Below, one piece after another: positions 54,798 through 55,761 of a stretch of 55,761 bases of DNA (positions are counted from its first letter, which is position 1; every line of letters starts with the position of its first letter). Made by a program: the position numbers and the translations under genes. The DNA lies in IMG/VR virus record IMGVR_UViG_3300033148_004574, positions 1-55,761 of that record; one strand, written 5' to 3'. The notes under the pieces were generated by a model. That model had not been told where the DNA came from. It saw only the letters and a program-made list of their open reading frames with translations, and ran no database searches. The DNA is from a virus. Lineage: Duplodnaviria; Caudoviricetes.

Positions 54798-54931
54798 ACA
54801 GCAAAGAGGTCAAGATGCGGTACGAATACCTCCGCGAGACGACGAAACTGCTCAACATGTACTCCGCTAGATTGCTAGAACCCCAGGGGCGGGTATCTCG
54901 ATTGCAGTAGATCGAGGCAGACGAGAACACA

Positions 54932-55639
54932 TTGAGCCACATTCTGGCTGCGCATGGCAGATGGCTGGCTGGAGAAGGGGATGGAGAGAAGGCCAACCTG
55001 GCCGGGGCTGATCTGTGCTGGGCCGACCTGTATGGGGCGAACCTGAGCAGGGCCGACCTGCGCGGGGCCAATCTGTATGGGGCGAACCTGCGCTGGGCCA
55101 ACCTGGGGAGGGCGAACCTGGGCAGGGCCGACCTGCGCGGGGCCAATCTGTATGGGGCGAACCTGCGCTGGGCCAACCTGAGCTGGGCCAACCTGAGCGG
55201 GGCCGATTTGAGTAGGGCCGACCTGCGCGGGGCGAACCTGAGTGAGACCATCTTGAACGGGGCCAACCTGATCGGAACGAATCTGAGCGGAGCCCAAGGG
55301 CCAGTCAATACCCGTGACTGGCTGGCAGAGCACTTCGAGCGCGCAGACGAGGGGATTGTAGTCTATAAGGCGATTGGGATTACGGACTACCCGGTACCTG
55401 ACTACTGGCAGATCGAGCCCGGCGCGTATCTGGTGGAAACTGTGAATCCACTCCCGACGGTTGCATGCGGATGCGGCGTGAACTTTGGGACGCGAGAATG
55501 GGTTGCGCAGAACTACCCCAATGCCACCATTTGGCGGTGTCTGATCGAGTGGATGGACCTCGCCACTGTCGTGGTGCCATACAATACCAACGGCAGGGCG
55601 CGGTGCGGGCGGCTGAAGCTGCTGAAGGCGCTAGAATGA
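54932..55639 (+). CDS. Pentapeptide-repeat protein with conserved C-terminal domain
   Basis: ANL/ADL pentapeptides; VYKAIG...CGCGVNFGT...VPYNTNGRARC. Confidence 0.8.
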   Translation: MSHILAAHGRWLAGEGDGEKANLAGADLCWADLYGANLSRADLRGANLYGANLRWANLGRANLGRADLRGANLYGANLRWANLSWANLSGADLSRADLRGANLSETILNGANLIGTNLSGAQGPVNTRDWLAEHFERADEGIVVYKAIGITDYPVPDYWQIEPGAYLVETVNPLPTVACGCGVNFGTREWVAQNYPNATIWRCLIEWMDLATVVVPYNTNGRARCGRLKLLKALE

Positions 55640-55761
55640 ACAGCAAGGAGGTCAAGATGCGGTACGAATACCTCCGCGAGACGACGAAACTGCTCAACAT
55701 GTACTCCGCTAGATTGCTAGAACCCCAGGGGCGGGTATCTCGATTGCAGTAGATCGAGGCA

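Larger units (their letters stand above)
52975..55761 (+). repeat. Three dispersed copies of a ~125-190 nt repeat (52975, 54794, 55636 running through the junction to ~120)
   Basis: ATGAACAGCAA(A/G)GAGGTCAAGATGCGGTACGAATACCT...GATCGAGGC at each site. Confidence 0.9.

Noticed and set aside
54908-54910. Genome-wide TAG recoding
   Set aside because: Many core genes (csf2, tail tube, Dit, integrase) end at TAG at the expected lengths, and no CUA-anticodon tRNA is present.
1-55761. The many overlapping opposite-strand and alternate-frame ORFs in the supplied track
   Set aside because: These are typical high-GC shadow ORFs (Arg/Pro/Ala-rich, no motifs, no SD) overlapping well-supported genes.

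Overview
This window is very likely a complete (~55.7 kb) temperate siphovirus genome. The first 49 nt equal the last 49 nt and gene order runs on across the junction, though that 49-mer also occurs internally. The host is probably a Chloroflexota/Anaerolineae bacterium, inferred from the SSB style, a YLPLI motif, Pro/Thr linkers and an AGAAC-N4-GTTCT LexA box. Modules in order: (1) end of the early region, with a nucleotidyltransferase and an array-less type IV-B CRISPR-Cas-like operon (csf1-cas11-csf2-csf3-[Zn-ribbon/sigma4]-cysH); (2) packaging and head genes, including portal-MuF and protease-capsid fusions; (3) a nine-gene glycosyltransferase/epimerase/methyltransferase cluster between the capsid and connector genes; (4) tail; (5) lysis plus a repeat-built 7-blade beta-propeller; (6) a large serine integrase with a candidate attP and a LexA box; (7) cI/cro; (8) recombination/replication; (9) a repeat-punctuated cassette zone. 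The most unusual signal is non-coding, at 45963-46597, just downstream of cro on the minus strand. It holds two tandem modules, each with a separately promoted aberrant tRNA-like gene (one 8/4 allo-tRNA-type with a GAU loop, one Arg-like body with an 18-nt anticodon arm). Each is followed by a separately promoted, terminated small RNA whose predicted 5' end is perfectly complementary (15 nt and 11 nt) to the anticodon arm of its own partner tRNA. This is a candidate tRNA/anti-tRNA RNA-only toxin-antitoxin or immunity system. All family assignments come from motif recognition by eye; no searches were run.
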